A DNA stretch of 64,000 nucleotides from Octopus vulgaris (lineage: Eukaryota). Positions 13,735-27,209 of the stretch are shown here, piece by piece (the first letter of the stretch is position 1; every line of letters starts with the position of its first letter). The stretch lies in assembly GCA_951406725.2 (NCBI GenBank), contig OX597815.1, positions 95,294,001 to 95,358,000 on the forward strand. The letters run 5' to 3'. Made by a program: the position numbers and the translations under genes. The notes below the pieces were generated by a model, which saw only the letters and a program-made list of their open reading frames with translations, was not told where the DNA came from and did no database searches.

Positions 13735-13740
<6 letters not shown>
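12558..13740 (+). mobile_element. Helitron/Helentron-like non-autonomous element with internal ~145-bp tandem duplication
   Basis: Starts ACTAGCA..CCCGTCGTTGGCGGG (small hairpin); ends (CAGA)n..TTTTATATATATAAAGAT; duplicated units 13393-13537 and 13538-13690. The same 5' end occurs at 11179-11230 and a similar 3' end at 35690-35800. Confidence 0.55.
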
Positions 13741-13798
<58 letters not shown>

Positions 13799-14284
13799 CT
13801 TTGTATGTGTATTGTCTTTTACATTGCACACTTCTCTCTATAGCTAAAAGTCATTACTATCGTGAACCATCATTTTAGCGTACTTTTTTTAAGACAATAT
13901 ATTGATAAACGCCTGTTATGATACTCTCTATATATAATCTTTGTATCAATGACAAAGGCTTGAAAATCACTTTCTTGTCTTATAGAGAACACGTAGACAC
14001 GTATATAAAACAGAAACGACCACAGCGAATTCCGAGTCTTATAATCTCCAACATACTTTCATTTATAAGACTGCCAGATCTGGGCTAAAAAACTTGGTTA
14101 TTCGCTTTGCTTATATGAGATGCAAATATTACAGTCACTTCCATCCTCACACACACTAACTAAACATAGACACACATAGAGGTATACGCGTGCGCACATG
14201 AAGACACAGACAATAGAAATACAAAATACCAAATGGCTGACCGTTAGTAAGGCGAGACACACAAATAAGAAAGAAGAAAGCAAA

Positions 14285-14500
14285 GGACCACTGATGAGGT
14301 CACAGAAGTGTTACGAAAGATCTCTGGCCGAAATAAGATTAAGATTAATGTAAAAAATAAACAACGCTGAAGCAGATTAACACCAAATATATAGTGCGTG
14401 TGTTTTTATTGGTTAAATTGGCAAAATGTCCATTCCTAAATACAACATCTGTTTCAACACAGGATTTCACATCAAGAATCTTGCAAAACAAACACATAAA
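14285..14500 (+). mobile_element. Repeat tail with hammerhead-like core
   Basis: CTGATGA-GGTCACAGA..TCTCTGGCC-GAAAT (14291-14334); stem I not evident; tail resembles the minus-strand piece at ~27245-27320. Confidence 0.5.
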
Positions 14501-16906
14501 TATGTATATATATATATATACATACATACATATGCATGTTTTTATGTATATATATGTATGTGTGTATGTATATAACAACTACCAAGCAGTAAAGACTAAA
14601 GACGAACGACATGCTCAAGCTTGTAATTGTTAGATTGCCAGTTATCGTAATAGAAATATTTCTCCATACTTGAACCCGTGTTGGAAACTTCTGGTCATGC
14701 TATGTATATCGTTTTCGTGATATAACCCCCGATGGCAAAGTATCTGGAATAATAATGGCTTATAATCTAAATGTCACAGAAGTGAATGTTACCGATTTTA
14801 TCGTAGATGATTGACATGGGCTTTTCAGCAAGCAAATTGTTATAATATGCATGCTTTTATATATATAAGGAACACCGTTGATATCACCAGATTTGTATAT
14901 CATATTATTGCTGAAGTATTTAAAGTGTAGCTTCACAATTGTTGATATGTGATGTCTCCAGTTCTACCAAAGCAGAATATATCAGTGAATGATCAATTTG
15001 AAAGTTACCATATTGAATGTGTTTTATCTATAATATTCAACAATCATATAACTTATATGTGAACATATATTATTGAAATATTTCGCTTTGAAAGGGAACA
15101 TCCAAAATCTTGAATATTACTTTAAAGAATAGAGAATATGTGGTTCACATTCAAGGATATGTACTCTGTTTGATAAAACTGCTAACTTAATGTTGAAATC
15201 ACTTGTTATGAATATTGCTTTGAAGTTTACTTTCATTAGCATGTTTTACTCCATGACTCATTCGTAAACTGAAAGCTTTAATATAACTATTTCAACATTC
15301 ATTTCAAAGTACAACTCTCTTCCCGGCTTTTTTTAGCGTTATTACAAGTCCAGCAAAAATGCGGAAGGTGTATTAATAATGCTTTGCTCTGAAGTAGAAA
15401 CTTATAGAAAAAGAAATTCAATACATGAACTCATAAAGTGTAGGGAAGCTAATTATAAATCTGGCTAATCTTAATAAACTGTAACAAAATGAATTGTGAC
15501 AATAATTATAAACCAAGTTGTCAGACGAAACTGTAAAGAAGTATATAAAATTAAAATAGGATACAAAAGCAATGATACCATTATTTGATATATTTCATAT
15601 ACAATACAAATTTCACGGAAAATATATTATGACATGTACCATTGGCATCTTATGCTTCTGAGGGTTCATGCGCGATTGTTACCGACATGCTATAAATAAA
15701 CTGGAGCTAAAATTGTGACTTGCAGCTATTTACCATTTTCGACCGTCGTCTTAAATTTGCTATCGTGCATGATGAAAACTTTATAAGGTCAGTTAATTTC
15801 AAATTGTAAAAAATCATATGTTTTGCATAAAAAAGGTGAACTGTTTCAGTGAACACTGAATACTACTAATCTTAATAACTGTATTGTATGAAGTTACAGT
15901 GTGGATCGTAATAAATTGTTTATAATATGGAAGGCAATAATGTTATATTTTGTCACTCAGAAAGCACATATCATATGATATATAACACTAGGTCGACTGT
16001 TCTTAAACATATAAATCCAAATGATGCGTTATATAGAGTTATAAAGACGAAACAATATTTAATGACTATAACATTATGTGTATGTATTTTTGGACGTGTG
16101 GTAAAATTATATTGCAAAGAAAACAATAATGCTGTATGAATAAATTGATGCATTACAGAGACAAATAAGAAAGAAAGGCCCAGCTGAATTTACACTTATC
16201 TTGAAAAATATTTAAGTTGAAGAACAACTCTGGAGTTACTTGAAACATAGATGTAAGTTGTAGTATATTTTCATTTTCTCTGAGGAAAAGTGGTGGTACG
16301 TCTTTGTGCTTATATAACAGGAAGTAGAGAAATGCTGTGCTAAATATAACTTCGCGAACACGAAGAAAATGAAAGTAATGAATGCAAAATATGTCAAATT
16401 TCAAACTAAATAGAAAGCGCATCTCAAAACCCTTGCAGGTGTTTCTTCGCATTTGAGAATACGTAGTACAGCAATGTAATATTTCGTTATATTTTCATCT
16501 AAACTTGGTATGTGCTTATCTTCTGAAATTCCAGGTGAGATATACACGACCAATGTTTAAGAAAATCGAGCAAACCAACTAACAATGAACCTCTTGTTTC
16601 GAAATATAATTGTGAATTCACGGGAGTGCAGTAAAGCGAATTGTTTCAAAATTCGTCTGAATAATTTCTTTTAGATTTAGATCTATATTCATTTAGATAA
16701 CATTTGAGCATCACCAGAGACTATAAGAAAGAAAAGACACGTATTACCCGTTTCTATGCAAGTTTACCAAAGGAGTAGATGTATCAAGGTAAAGAAATTG
16801 GCAAAAGCTTAGAGTAATTTAAGTTGTTCCTGATAATGTTTCTTTAATACACAATCGCTTGTGTAAATACGACTTATTTTTGCATATGATGATATTAATT
16901 GTATAG

Positions 16907-16959
<53 letters not shown>

Positions 16960-16973
16960 GTATATATGTATAT

Positions 16974-17093
<120 letters not shown>

Positions 17094-17831
17094 GCTTGCA
17101 TTGCACCAAGTATGAAATTAAGGTTGTATACTCATATAATCGCTAGAAACCCTGTCCATCATTCTGTTTTGGGTTGGTAACAATTGTCACTCAACCTAAC
17201 ACCATCTTCGGCGCTGGGGTTAAAAATAGTACAACTAGTTCGGATTATGGTTCTGGCCTGCAGAAAACCTCCATTCTTTTTCTCAGTAACGGGTCCCACA
17301 GGTTGTTAGGGGCATAATCTTGTTCTTCTGGATAAAAGAACTGTTCAAAAAGAAAAGGAAATTTTACAATAAAATGGAATATTCTTACTTCATTCTACTT
17401 AATCACAGTGATATGATTTATAAGATGTAATATTAATAAAATGAGTAATTTTCACAACAAAACAACGGTGGAAAATATTCAATATTGATTATAACACAGC
17501 GGGCAAAATTGGTATCTTAAAATATTGTCTGGGAATAAAATGAGGATACAAATATCGAAATATTTTCAATTGGTTAATGATATTTACTAGTGTTACCATG
17601 TAGAGTAGTGATTAAATGTCTTTCAGTGTGTGCATAAATGTGTATGTATGTGTGAGGGTGGGCTATGTGAGTGAGGGGAAGGGATAGTATGGCCAAGTGT
17701 ACGTTTGTAATGTAGAAATTTATAAACACATATCACTATATACATTTATAGATACATATTCATCTATCTCTTTCTCTCTCTCCTTCTCTCTCACTATCTC
17801 TCTCACCCTCTCTCTGTGTGTATATATATAT

Positions 17832-17877
<46 letters not shown>

Positions 17878-17899
17878 TTGCATAAAGGCACACATACAC

Positions 17900-17948
<49 letters not shown>

Positions 17949-20343
17949 TTTATGTATATTAGAATATTTACATATCTGAACACACACGTACATACCTACC
18001 CATGTACACTTACACAGGCATAAATAAATGTTATATAATACAAAAAACTATTCATGAAATGGATATTGAAGATCTCATTAGGTTGTGGAAGAAGATATCT
18101 ATGAAAAATATGTTGCTAAACACACCGTATTATCCGATAAAATATCAATCAGTAATATGATATGATTGTACACATTTTCTATATTTCCGTCTATTATTTT
18201 GAAAGTGCTTCGTATTTAAGATAATTTGTTGAATTTTATGCGATAGACCTACCTGTTATGATAATGATCAAGATAGTATATATATTAGATTAGGCGTTTC
18301 ATACTCCAAGAAAGATATCTATATAAAAGCGACCAAATAAGTACATATTTATGTTAAATTGATCTGATTAATTATAATGATAATGCATACATATTGAAAT
18401 ATACGAAGAGACTAGGCAGAATAATTGAAATGGCAGTATAGCATAACAGAAATTTGTTTCTCTAGAAAAAATTATTCCCGAGAAACGAATGATTTCTGAA
18501 ATATAGAATGTTCTATATATTCTTTTATGATACTATTTCTATTGACAATCACATGGAGGTTATCCTGTCACCGTACTTAACGCTTCGTCATGGAGAAAAG
18601 CTATATACATATGTTGATTGGCAAGAAAAAGCAAACTTCATTTCAAAATCACACCCTATTGTCTTGAGAGCAAGAAAGGCATACTGTCTGTCGTGTAAAA
18701 TGTCGAAAGAGTCATGTTTGGAACCCCAACAATTTCTCGATGAGAACTGGATTACTTTATAAATTCAGTAGGAAAATAGTCATACACACGCCATGGTGTC
18801 AGTCTTTACGCAATCACTTTAAATGTTAGAAAATGAACTAAAGTTTCCAACAAAGCATACCAAACACTCTTCAGAAATGTAGAGCACGTATTGGGAAATG
18901 TACTCTATCGATTGCAGAAATAGTATTTGAAAAAAAAACTGGAGACTCATTTAATCCCAGCCCTCAGTCAGACCTGATCTGGATTTAATAGAAAAAGAAC
19001 GAATGTATTCTCGTATTATGAAGAATTAGGTTATGAATCGCAGACCATATTCTACAAAAGTATTGTTCTGTCATAAATACTTTTCTTGAAAATCCGTTTC
19101 GTATGTCACTGTACATTTGAATGGCATCTGATGAATATTTTCTAAGTAATGAAAGCGAATATCAGTGAATGTGTTGTCTTAGCCACTCCTATGTCTCTAA
19201 TAGATTTATACGTTTTTAGTGTCTATGTATTTTAGAAACCACGACTGGTATTAACTAACATATGACTACTAAACTAATATTCGACCCATACAAGAAAATT
19301 TTGTTCAGAAATTTATTAAATAAATGTGTATTTAGAAGTAAAATTTTCCTATCAATAATTTTTCCAATTTTCAAAATCAAAATGAGTACTAAAGTTGTCA
19401 ATTGACCAAGTACTTTACACGATAATTTGCACGTCCTCTGTAACTGGCGGAAACAAAGAAGAATAATAACTACACATCGATATTTACAGTGGAATGAGAG
19501 CCTAATGTATCAAGTTAAATAATAGCAGAGACCTGATGGAAACATTTGATTAATTCCTCTTACAAACAACAACATCAATGTAGTGACATTAAATTTGTAC
19601 AGAAATTTATACAGAAAGTCTCGGTGAAAAATTGTTGGTAACTGGATAGTACGAGGTGACCATAAAGTACCTTTACAATTTGAAAAATCTAGAAAAAAAT
19701 GAAAACGTAATCATAATTATTTATCCATCTATACATTTCGTATCTGACTTGGCCATCCGTATTCGAGACATGAATTAATAGTTTAATGCCTTCTTGAGAA
19801 CGAGCTTGTCAAAGTAATGGCCGTAACTCTGGAAAAATAACATCGAAAACAACTGTCTTAATAAACCAAATACTTCTTATTCTTTTAATCGACAATTACA
19901 ACCTAGACGGGTCCCGCAATGCGATCGAAGCTGGATTAAAGCAAACATGGTTTTCAAAGCAAACATGGTTTTCAAAGCAAACATGCTAATCACCAACTTA
20001 TACTGGCTCTCTTTTGTAAAACTTATTTCAGACGCACCGACAGCTTGTCAGTGGCTGCGTTAAGAGACAGTCAACCACTTGAATTATAAGTATGATAGAT
20101 ATATTATGAAGATATGAAATATTTTTAGAATTTAGGAATCATGGAAGTATTAGGATTGCCATATCTTCCTATGAAGGAAGAGCATGAAAATATTGGTTTG
20201 GACGAAAGATAATTGTTTTATATAGCTTATTCCTGATATTCGTTATATAATTCGCTATATTTCTATCATGCATTACATAACGCTTATATCATAAATTAGC
20301 GCTTTCGTCCATTCTAGTGGAGTCTTCAAACTGAACTCATTTC

Positions 20344-20414
<71 letters not shown>

Positions 20415-20480
20415 AATATGTATATATATAGGTATATATGTATATGAATATATATATGTAACTATGTATGTATGCATGTA

Positions 20481-20552
<72 letters not shown>

Positions 20553-20829
20553 TCTATGTTCTATTACAAGATACATTTTTGGTAGGTAAAGATAAACAGA
20601 CACACATACGCATCTTCGCACAACACACACGTACATGTAAGTATGAACATATATATACACTGTACTCTATGTGATACAAAGATCAACAAAAACTACCCCA
20701 TCTGATGAGCGATAAATATTATTTATTTAAATAAGAAAATAGATTTCTCTGAGTGCTACTAATAGTTGCATAACTGAAACCCAGTAATTTCTCTAATTAC
20801 ATTATTAATGCTTCTTAGTATTTGTTTAG

Positions 20830-21115
20830 CTACTAGCTCAAATCTGGTTGGGTTTTAACAACATAGAAGTAGGAGTATCAGGAAAATTAGGATTATAGTC
20901 TTTTAAATAATAAAAGCCTCTCTCTTAGCTAAGCATCCTGATTTGTCATCAATATTAGTAGGTTTATCGAGGAATTTGGCCTCATCATTAATATCATAGT
21001 ATCTTGCTACGTTAGCTTTCTTATATTTAGTGGAAATTATGCGTTTTAGCAACTTGTCATAAAGATTGTTAGTAACTTCATATAGGTTATTCGTTTTATC
21101 AGAAAATACGAATAC
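20830..21115 (-). mobile_element. PLE reverse-transcriptase N-terminal fragment
   Basis: Manual translation VFVFSDKTNNLYEV..YDKLLKRIISTKYKK..INDEAK..IDDK..EAFII / KDYNPNFP, matching the PLE pattern DKT..Y.KLL..YKK..AFITLKDHKPNF. Confidence 0.75.
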
Positions 21116-21154
21116 GTGCTAATGAATGTTTATGTATGTGCGTATACTTTAAAC

Positions 21155-21493
21155 TGGGGATTCTCAACGAATTTTTTCTATCCATGCACTCCTTTGATAA
21201 CTATATTATTCTGCTGGATCCTCACAGTCATTTGCTGTTTAAAAACTAGTTTTGTAGAAAATTCCTTTAAGCTTCTTACTTTGTTTTTCACACATTAACT
21301 TGCGTAGGTTTAATTGTTAAGCATATAGCTGTTTCTTACAACACATGCCAATACATACATCTGAAGCAAAATTTGTTCTGGGGTGGGTGGTGCTGCAAAT
21401 ATTATTGTGGCCCCTATTTACTATTTTTAGTAGAACCCTCAAAATCTTATGTGGATACTCAGGGGCCATATGGACCCCAGTTGAATACCATTG
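21155..21493. mobile_element. hAT-type MITE
   Basis: 8-bp TSD CTTTAAAC at 21147-21154 and 21494-21501; degenerate TIRs GGGATTCTCAAC / GTTGAATACCATTG. Confidence 0.65.
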
Positions 21494-22035
21494 CTTTAAA
21501 CGAGTGCATAACAGTCACCAATAAATCATTTAACACACCTGCCCCTTTTCTTACGCTGTAAGTGAATAGGGTTATAATCATCTGTTAAAATAATACAATT
21601 CTCTATGAAACACTTGGAAATTTGTGTACCTAAATCCGTAAGGTTTTCAAATTGTACCTTAAATGTTATTTCTGCAATTATATTCCGTGAAACCTTCAAC
21701 TATGGATTCAGCCATGCTGTACAATATTCAACCATATGCTTTAGAAGTTGAAAAACGAAATTTTCCTTAGATCTACAGAATTAGCGATGTCATTCATTTA
21801 TTATAGCACAGATGAAATATTACGGGTCGCTAAAAGTGTGTTTACATTTAAAAACTGAAAGAACATTGAAATATTATGATAAAATGAGTATTCAAAGGAA
21901 ATTAACATAGGGCTATGCAAAAATGAAAATAAAGCAGTGCCTCATGAATAATCCCATGCTGATTTCATTGTCATGCTTGTGTTTCATTAACAAGAATTAG
22001 GCCATGTTGACTTCTTAAGAAATCTGTTAGGAACT

Positions 22036-24935
22036 GTTAGTTAGTTAGTTAGTTAGTTAGTTAATTTGGCTCAAAAGCAAATAGCAAGGCCATGTAGGGG
22101 GACATGGAGTTAAGTACAGGGTGGTGTTCATGTAAAGAGTTCAGGCCACTTGAGGTCCAGGGAGGCTTTGAACAAAGCGGTCGTCGGCATCTTCACCATC
22201 TCGTCTGGTAGCTTGTTCCACGGATCCGCAACCCGGACGGAGAAAGCTCCTCTCCTTCGATTGAGATGAAATTGTCGCAGGTAGAGCTTTTCGGAATGAC
22301 CCCGCAGCCGACGCTCCGGAGCAGGAGTGAAGAACAGCTCTTTCGAGAGGTTACACTTCCCGCTTATGATGCTGTGGGCGAGAATGAGATCACCACGGCG
22401 GCGGCGTTTTTCAAGAGAACAAAGGTCGAGCGTCCTCAGCCTTTCTTCGTAGGACAAGTTTTTGAGACCATGAACCATGCGGGTAGCCAGCCTCTGGACT
22501 CTTTCGAGGTGATGTATGTCTTTGAGGAGATAAGGAGAAGAGGCTTGAATCGCATACTCCAATATGGGTCTCACCAGCGTGACATAGAGTGGCAGGAATA
22601 TGGCTACTGTGAGCATTCCGAATGACCGTCGAATCAAAAACAGAATTCCGCGCGCTTTGTTGGCAGCATGGACGCACTGGGCCGAAGGCGAATAGGAGGA
22701 ATCCACCAAGATACCCAGGTCCTTTACCTGATCGGTCCTCTCCAGCAGCAGACGACCCGGCTCGAAATCAAGTTGAGTTGCAGGAGTAGAGCCGACAGGC
22801 AGATGACAGCACTTTGACACGTTCAGACACAAGTCCCAATCGTTAGACCACTTCCAAATTTGGTGGAGGCATCGACGAAGAACCTCTATACTACCGCGAG
22901 GAGCGACCAGTTTGATATCGTCGGCAAATAGAAGGGTGTGTTGAGTGAGATCGTCGGGCAAGTCATTTATGAAGACCAAGAACAACAAGGGCCCAAGCAC
23001 TGAACCTTGAGGCACGCCACTGCTCGCACTGGAGACGTCGGACCGCGAACCATTAACTTGAACTTGGAAGGAGCGATCTGAGAGGAAGGCACCAACCCAT
23101 CGTACAATATCCGGATGGAAACTATATGCTTGAAGCTTGACAAGTAGTAGGCGGTGGTTTACCGAGTCAAAAGCTTTGGCAAAGTCCAATAAAACGATGT
23201 CAACAGCATCACTATCATCGAGGATGCGCGTCACCAATTCTTCCATTACTAGTAAGTTGGTCAAGCATGATCTCTTCGGCACGAAGCGGTGTTGGGAATC
23301 AGTGATCGAGGCTGTGTTTAGGAGGTGGAGCATCATACTTTTCTTAAGGATGGTTTCGAACATCTTGCTGATGATTGATGTAAGGGAAACCGGTCGGTAG
23401 TTAAGCGGGTCTTCGCGGCTCCCTTTCTTGAAAATTGGGCAGATTATCGCTGTTCTCCAGTCTGCAGGTATAACACCCGTCGCCAATGACATATTGAATA
23501 GTCGTGTTAAGGGCTCGCAGATGACCGGAGCCAACGCTTTGATAACCCGTGGGTGTATGCCGTCAGGGCCGTGACCCTTGTTGACATCGAGGCCTTGAAT
23601 AACACGTTTGACTTGGTCCCGCGTGATGATCAATCGAAGCATTGGAGGTACCGATCTATCAAATGGAGGGGGTTCACGACCATCATCTTGTTTGAAAATA
23701 GTTGAAAAAGCCTCGGCAAATAATTGACTCTGTTGATAAGGGTCCTCAATCGATACGCCTGTTGAGTCTACCAACGTTGCAATCTGGTTGTTCAAGCGGG
23801 AATTCCGCTGGACATGGGTAAAGAAGGTTTTTGGATTGCTACTGGCATTTGCCGCGATTTTGTATTCATAACTGAAGCGTTCTTTCTTTTCAATTTTCAC
23901 GGCTCGGTCTCGTTGAGTTTTGTACACCTCAAAAGCTGCAGTCGAATCCAGATTTTTGAATTCAGCCCAAGCAATATCCCTGAGTCGACGTTCTCGTTTA
24001 ACCTTCTTCGTCACCCAGGGCTTGTGTTTCTTCCTCTTGGGAAGTCCAACGGGAACTGCCTGGTCAGTCAAACAGATTACATATGCTTTGAGGGATGACC
24101 ATAGTTCGTCAACTGAGGACAACGTCATCAGGGAACGCCAGTCCAGAAGCGCGGAAGCCTCGGTTATAATTTCAAGATTAATTGCAGAGAAGACTCTACG
24201 TGGCAGCGAAGTAATCGTGGGCGTGGAAAAATTTGTGTGCATGACGAACTTCAGGACCGCATGATCACTCTTGGCAAGAGGGGCGCACACAGATACGTCT
24301 GACACTGATCTTGGATAGCGGGAGAATACCAGATCTAGCATAGATGGCTGCTGCCCAGACCGATGCCTTGTCGGATATTCAATATGTTGCGATAGAAAAC
24401 AATCTTCAGCCACGTCAAGAAGGGCCTGGCCGAACCGGGAAGATGTTGTACAAATTGATGCGGGCCAATAGATCGTGGGAGCGTTGAAGTCGCCTAGTAC
24501 CAAGCAGTCATGCGAAGCTGAAACGAATCTTATCGCTTCGAGTAGATGAGCATCGTCCTGGGGGTCGGCTAGAGGTGGCCTGTAGACAGCCAACACGGGC
24601 AGGCAAAACTCAGATAGGCTCAGCTTGCAATAGACGGCATCGAATTTGGTTGTAGGTTGAGCATTTGTGGGTAGACTACCGCAGGACGGTTTGTGCTCAG
24701 ATTTAACATACACAGCAACACCTCCACCTCGCCTTTTTTCTCTGTCACATCTGAAAAGGACGTAGCCCTGCAGGTGGTTCTCTGAGTCCTTTACTGCTGG
24801 AGTCAGCCAAGTCTCGGTGATAGCTATTACATCAGGGGAGTCGCGTAGGGCCAGTGTAAATAGTTCACTGAACTTTGGGAATAAGGAGCACGAGTTGGTG
24901 TAGACGATGCTGAGCACTTTCTGGATTTGTCTTAC
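22036..24935 (-). mobile_element. Young CR1-group LINE, 5'-truncated just upstream of ORF2
   Basis: Much higher GC than the flanks; short 3' UTR with CCATGT/ACATGG stem-loop; (CTAA)n tail; no ORF1. Confidence 0.92.
22128..24917 (-). CDS. LINE ORF2: AP endonuclease + reverse transcriptase (929-aa open frame, GTG first codon)
   Basis: APE motifs ITETWL, LGDFNAP, LDLVF, SDH; RT motifs NYRPVSLTS, LDFAKAFDSV, GVPQGSVLGP, FADD, KDLG. Confidence 0.93.
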   Translation of the reverse strand: MLSIVYTNSCSLFPKFSELFTLALRDSPDVIAITETWLTPAVKDSENHLQGYVLFRCDREKRRGGGVAVYVKSEHKPSCGSLPTNAQPTTKFDAVYCKLSLSEFCLPVLAVYRPPLADPQDDAHLLEAIRFVSASHDCLVLGDFNAPTIYWPASICTTSSRFGQALLDVAEDCFLSQHIEYPTRHRSGQQPSMLDLVFSRYPRSVSDVSVCAPLAKSDHAVLKFVMHTNFSTPTITSLPRRVFSAINLEIITEASALLDWRSLMTLSSVDELWSSLKAYVICLTDQAVPVGLPKRKKHKPWVTKKVKRERRLRDIAWAEFKNLDSTAAFEVYKTQRDRAVKIEKKERFSYEYKIAANASSNPKTFFTHVQRNSRLNNQIATLVDSTGVSIEDPYQQSQLFAEAFSTIFKQDDGREPPPFDRSVPPMLRLIITRDQVKRVIQGLDVNKGHGPDGIHPRVIKALAPVICEPLTRLFNMSLATGVIPADWRTAIICPIFKKGSREDPLNYRPVSLTSIISKMFETILKKSMMLHLLNTASITDSQHRFVPKRSCLTNLLVMEELVTRILDDSDAVDIVLLDFAKAFDSVNHRLLLVKLQAYSFHPDIVRWVGAFLSDRSFQVQVNGSRSDVSSASSGVPQGSVLGPLLFLVFINDLPDDLTQHTLLFADDIKLVAPRGSIEVLRRCLHQIWKWSNDWDLCLNVSKCCHLPVGSTPATQLDFEPGRLLLERTDQVKDLGILVDSSYSPSAQCVHAANKARGILFLIRRSFGMLTVAIFLPLYVTLVRPILEYAIQASSPYLLKDIHHLERVQRLATRMVHGLKNLSYEERLRTLDLCSLEKRRRRGDLILAHSIISGKCNLSKELFFTPAPERRLRGHSEKLYLRQFHLNRRRGAFSVRVADPWNKLPDEMVKMPTTALFKASLDLKWPELFT

Positions 24936-25469
24936 GGCGTATCATTCTCAGCAAGTGTCTTCTCCTACAGCCCTGTACTGATTAATGCTTTATGAATAAA
25001 TTCATAAATAGAAGTTATGCAGTTGTTCATATCATCTTCACGCGCACACAAACACTGTTTCTACATAAATCCATGCAAACAAACATACACGTATACACAT
25101 ACATACACACATACACACATGTGTCTGCATGTCAAGCATGAGTAAGGTATTAGACGAAGACAGTTCTCCAAGTACAAGAAGCCGAATCCGAGTTCATAGC
25201 GTGGTGTTTTGAACTGATCATATTTTCTACGGTTTGGTGTTTGCCCATACAATGTTAAAAAAAATTTTGAGACTAATCCCGTCAGTGAAATCGTCTGTGT
25301 AAATCATACAGGTAGCGCCTTGTCACATGCAATAAAATGCGAGAATAGTGTTAAGGATACACACGACTGTTGAATTCTCAGTTACTTGCACATTAATTGA
25401 GAAGCCGTTATGCAGATGATTGAACAAGTGAATGTTCTTCGAGAATGAAGGAAATGGACCACAATTTCT

Positions 25470-25678
25470 TGAGGGCTTAGCAAAAAAGTTCCCGGCTCTA
25501 AGGGTATCATGAAAGGCCTGGTTGAAGCTTCAAACTCTTACAAGGCTTAAAAAACTGAAAGACCGCTACAATAAGTGTGTCAATCTGAGAGAAGAATATG
25601 TTGTATAAAATCATAATTAACCAGTCCTCCTGTATTTTCTTTTACCCAAAGTCAGGAACTTTTCAGCACCCCCTCGTA
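25470..25678. mobile_element. mariner-derived MITE
   Basis: Right TIR CAGGAACTTTTCAGCACCCCCTCG followed by TA, degenerate left TIR; related copy at ~59558-59727. Confidence 0.6.
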
Positions 25679-26157
25679 TATGTATATGAAGGAATTTCTC
25701 TCCTTATATATGTGTTTTTGCACATTGCGAGAAAATAAATAATAGAGTTTCAATAAATGCTTCCTAGAATCGAGAAGACAGCCTTGCTTAATCGCAGTCC
25801 AATGACTAAAAGAAAAGCAAGAGTAAAAGAGTAACATAGAGAATATATATATAATATTCAATTCCATTTTAAACCCATCAGTGAAAAGATATGCAATTTC
25901 AGTACTCAATACATTTTATTATCCAGGGTAGGTATTTATCGATATTTAACTAGATTCAGTCTTTTATGTTTCGAAATACATCTTCATGCACTAAAAATAT
26001 ATATTTGTAATATGATAGAGAGATACTCAGATTATCATATCTGTTTCATCGGAATAAAATAATAATCTGAGATATTCGCCTAGGTAATGTTTACAAAGTA
26101 ATACACGCCACACCGATAGCTATCGCTTTCTCTCTCTTTTTTTTTTCTCTCTCTCTT

Positions 26158-26249
<92 letters not shown>

Positions 26250-26644
26250 GGGGGGGGTGTATGTATGTGTGTGTGTGAGAGAGAGAGTGAGTGTATGTGT
26301 CTGTGTGTGTATGCACACGCAGCGACATATTGACATACATACATGCATGCGTGCAGGCATGCATACATACGTAAATGCATACGTACACACATACATACGT
26401 ACACACACACAAGCACACACATATAACGTTGATAGATATATATATATATATATATATATATAGATAGATAGATAGATAGATAGAAGGATAGAGAGATATA
26501 TAGAGATAGGCTTCGCTACAAGCGTGTGCGCTGGGTAAGAAGGCTCTGTTTCTATGTGCGGCACATTTGGCAATTGTCTTCCACTATAGTTCAGGACTGA
26601 AGAGCCTTAGGAGTGGATTTTGAAGACGGAAGTGACCTCGTGTG

Positions 26645-26840
26645 TACTGTTGGCAATTTTTTTTCCTGTGTCATCCTTCTCTGGATCTTTCCTTCTCCTA
26701 TGTTTCCGACGAAGAGCTTCGCTCGAAACGTTAGATCCTCCTTCTTTCCTACTTCCCTGAGCGTCCAATAATACTATATTTGTTCCACGTCATCGCATTG
26801 TTGTGTGTTTTTTTTGTGCTTTCTTGTTTGGATTAACTTT
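26645..26840 (+). mobile_element. PLE-type terminal repeat with minimal hammerhead-like motif
   Basis: CCGACGA-A-GAGC-TTC-GCTC-GAAACGTT (26706-26732; core CUGA reads CCGA); ends in (TA)n. Confidence 0.6.
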
Positions 26841-26861
26841 ATATATATATATATATATGTA

Positions 26862-27209
26862 TAATTTATTATATAGAAGGAGCTTCTACAGGACTAGAAC
26901 TGTTTCATTCAAGAGAAATCATCAGGAAGCTAGTTAACAAGAATAGTTTTGGCATTTATACATTTAGGCAGGTTTAAAAGGGGGGTGGTGGGGGACATTT
27001 TGGGGGTAGGCATAGCGCAAAAATAAACCTTTAAACCTGCCTAAATGTATAAATGCCAAAACTATTCTTGTTAACTAGCTTCCTGATGATTTCTCTTGAA
27101 TGAAACAGTTCTAGTCCTGTAGAAGCTCCTTCTATATAATAAATTAATTTTACTCTGCTATGTATTGAGTACCTTATTTACTGTGGTTAACCCCGAATCA
27201 ACCCGGGAC

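Noticed and set aside
19940-19986. 18-bp tandem repeat (AAGCAAACATGGTTTTCA); also ~21-bp repeats at 38015-38088
   Set aside because: Short local duplications with no spacers; not CRISPR-like.
22266-24264. Plus-strand ORFs overlapping the LINE
   Set aside because: Antisense shadows of ORF2.
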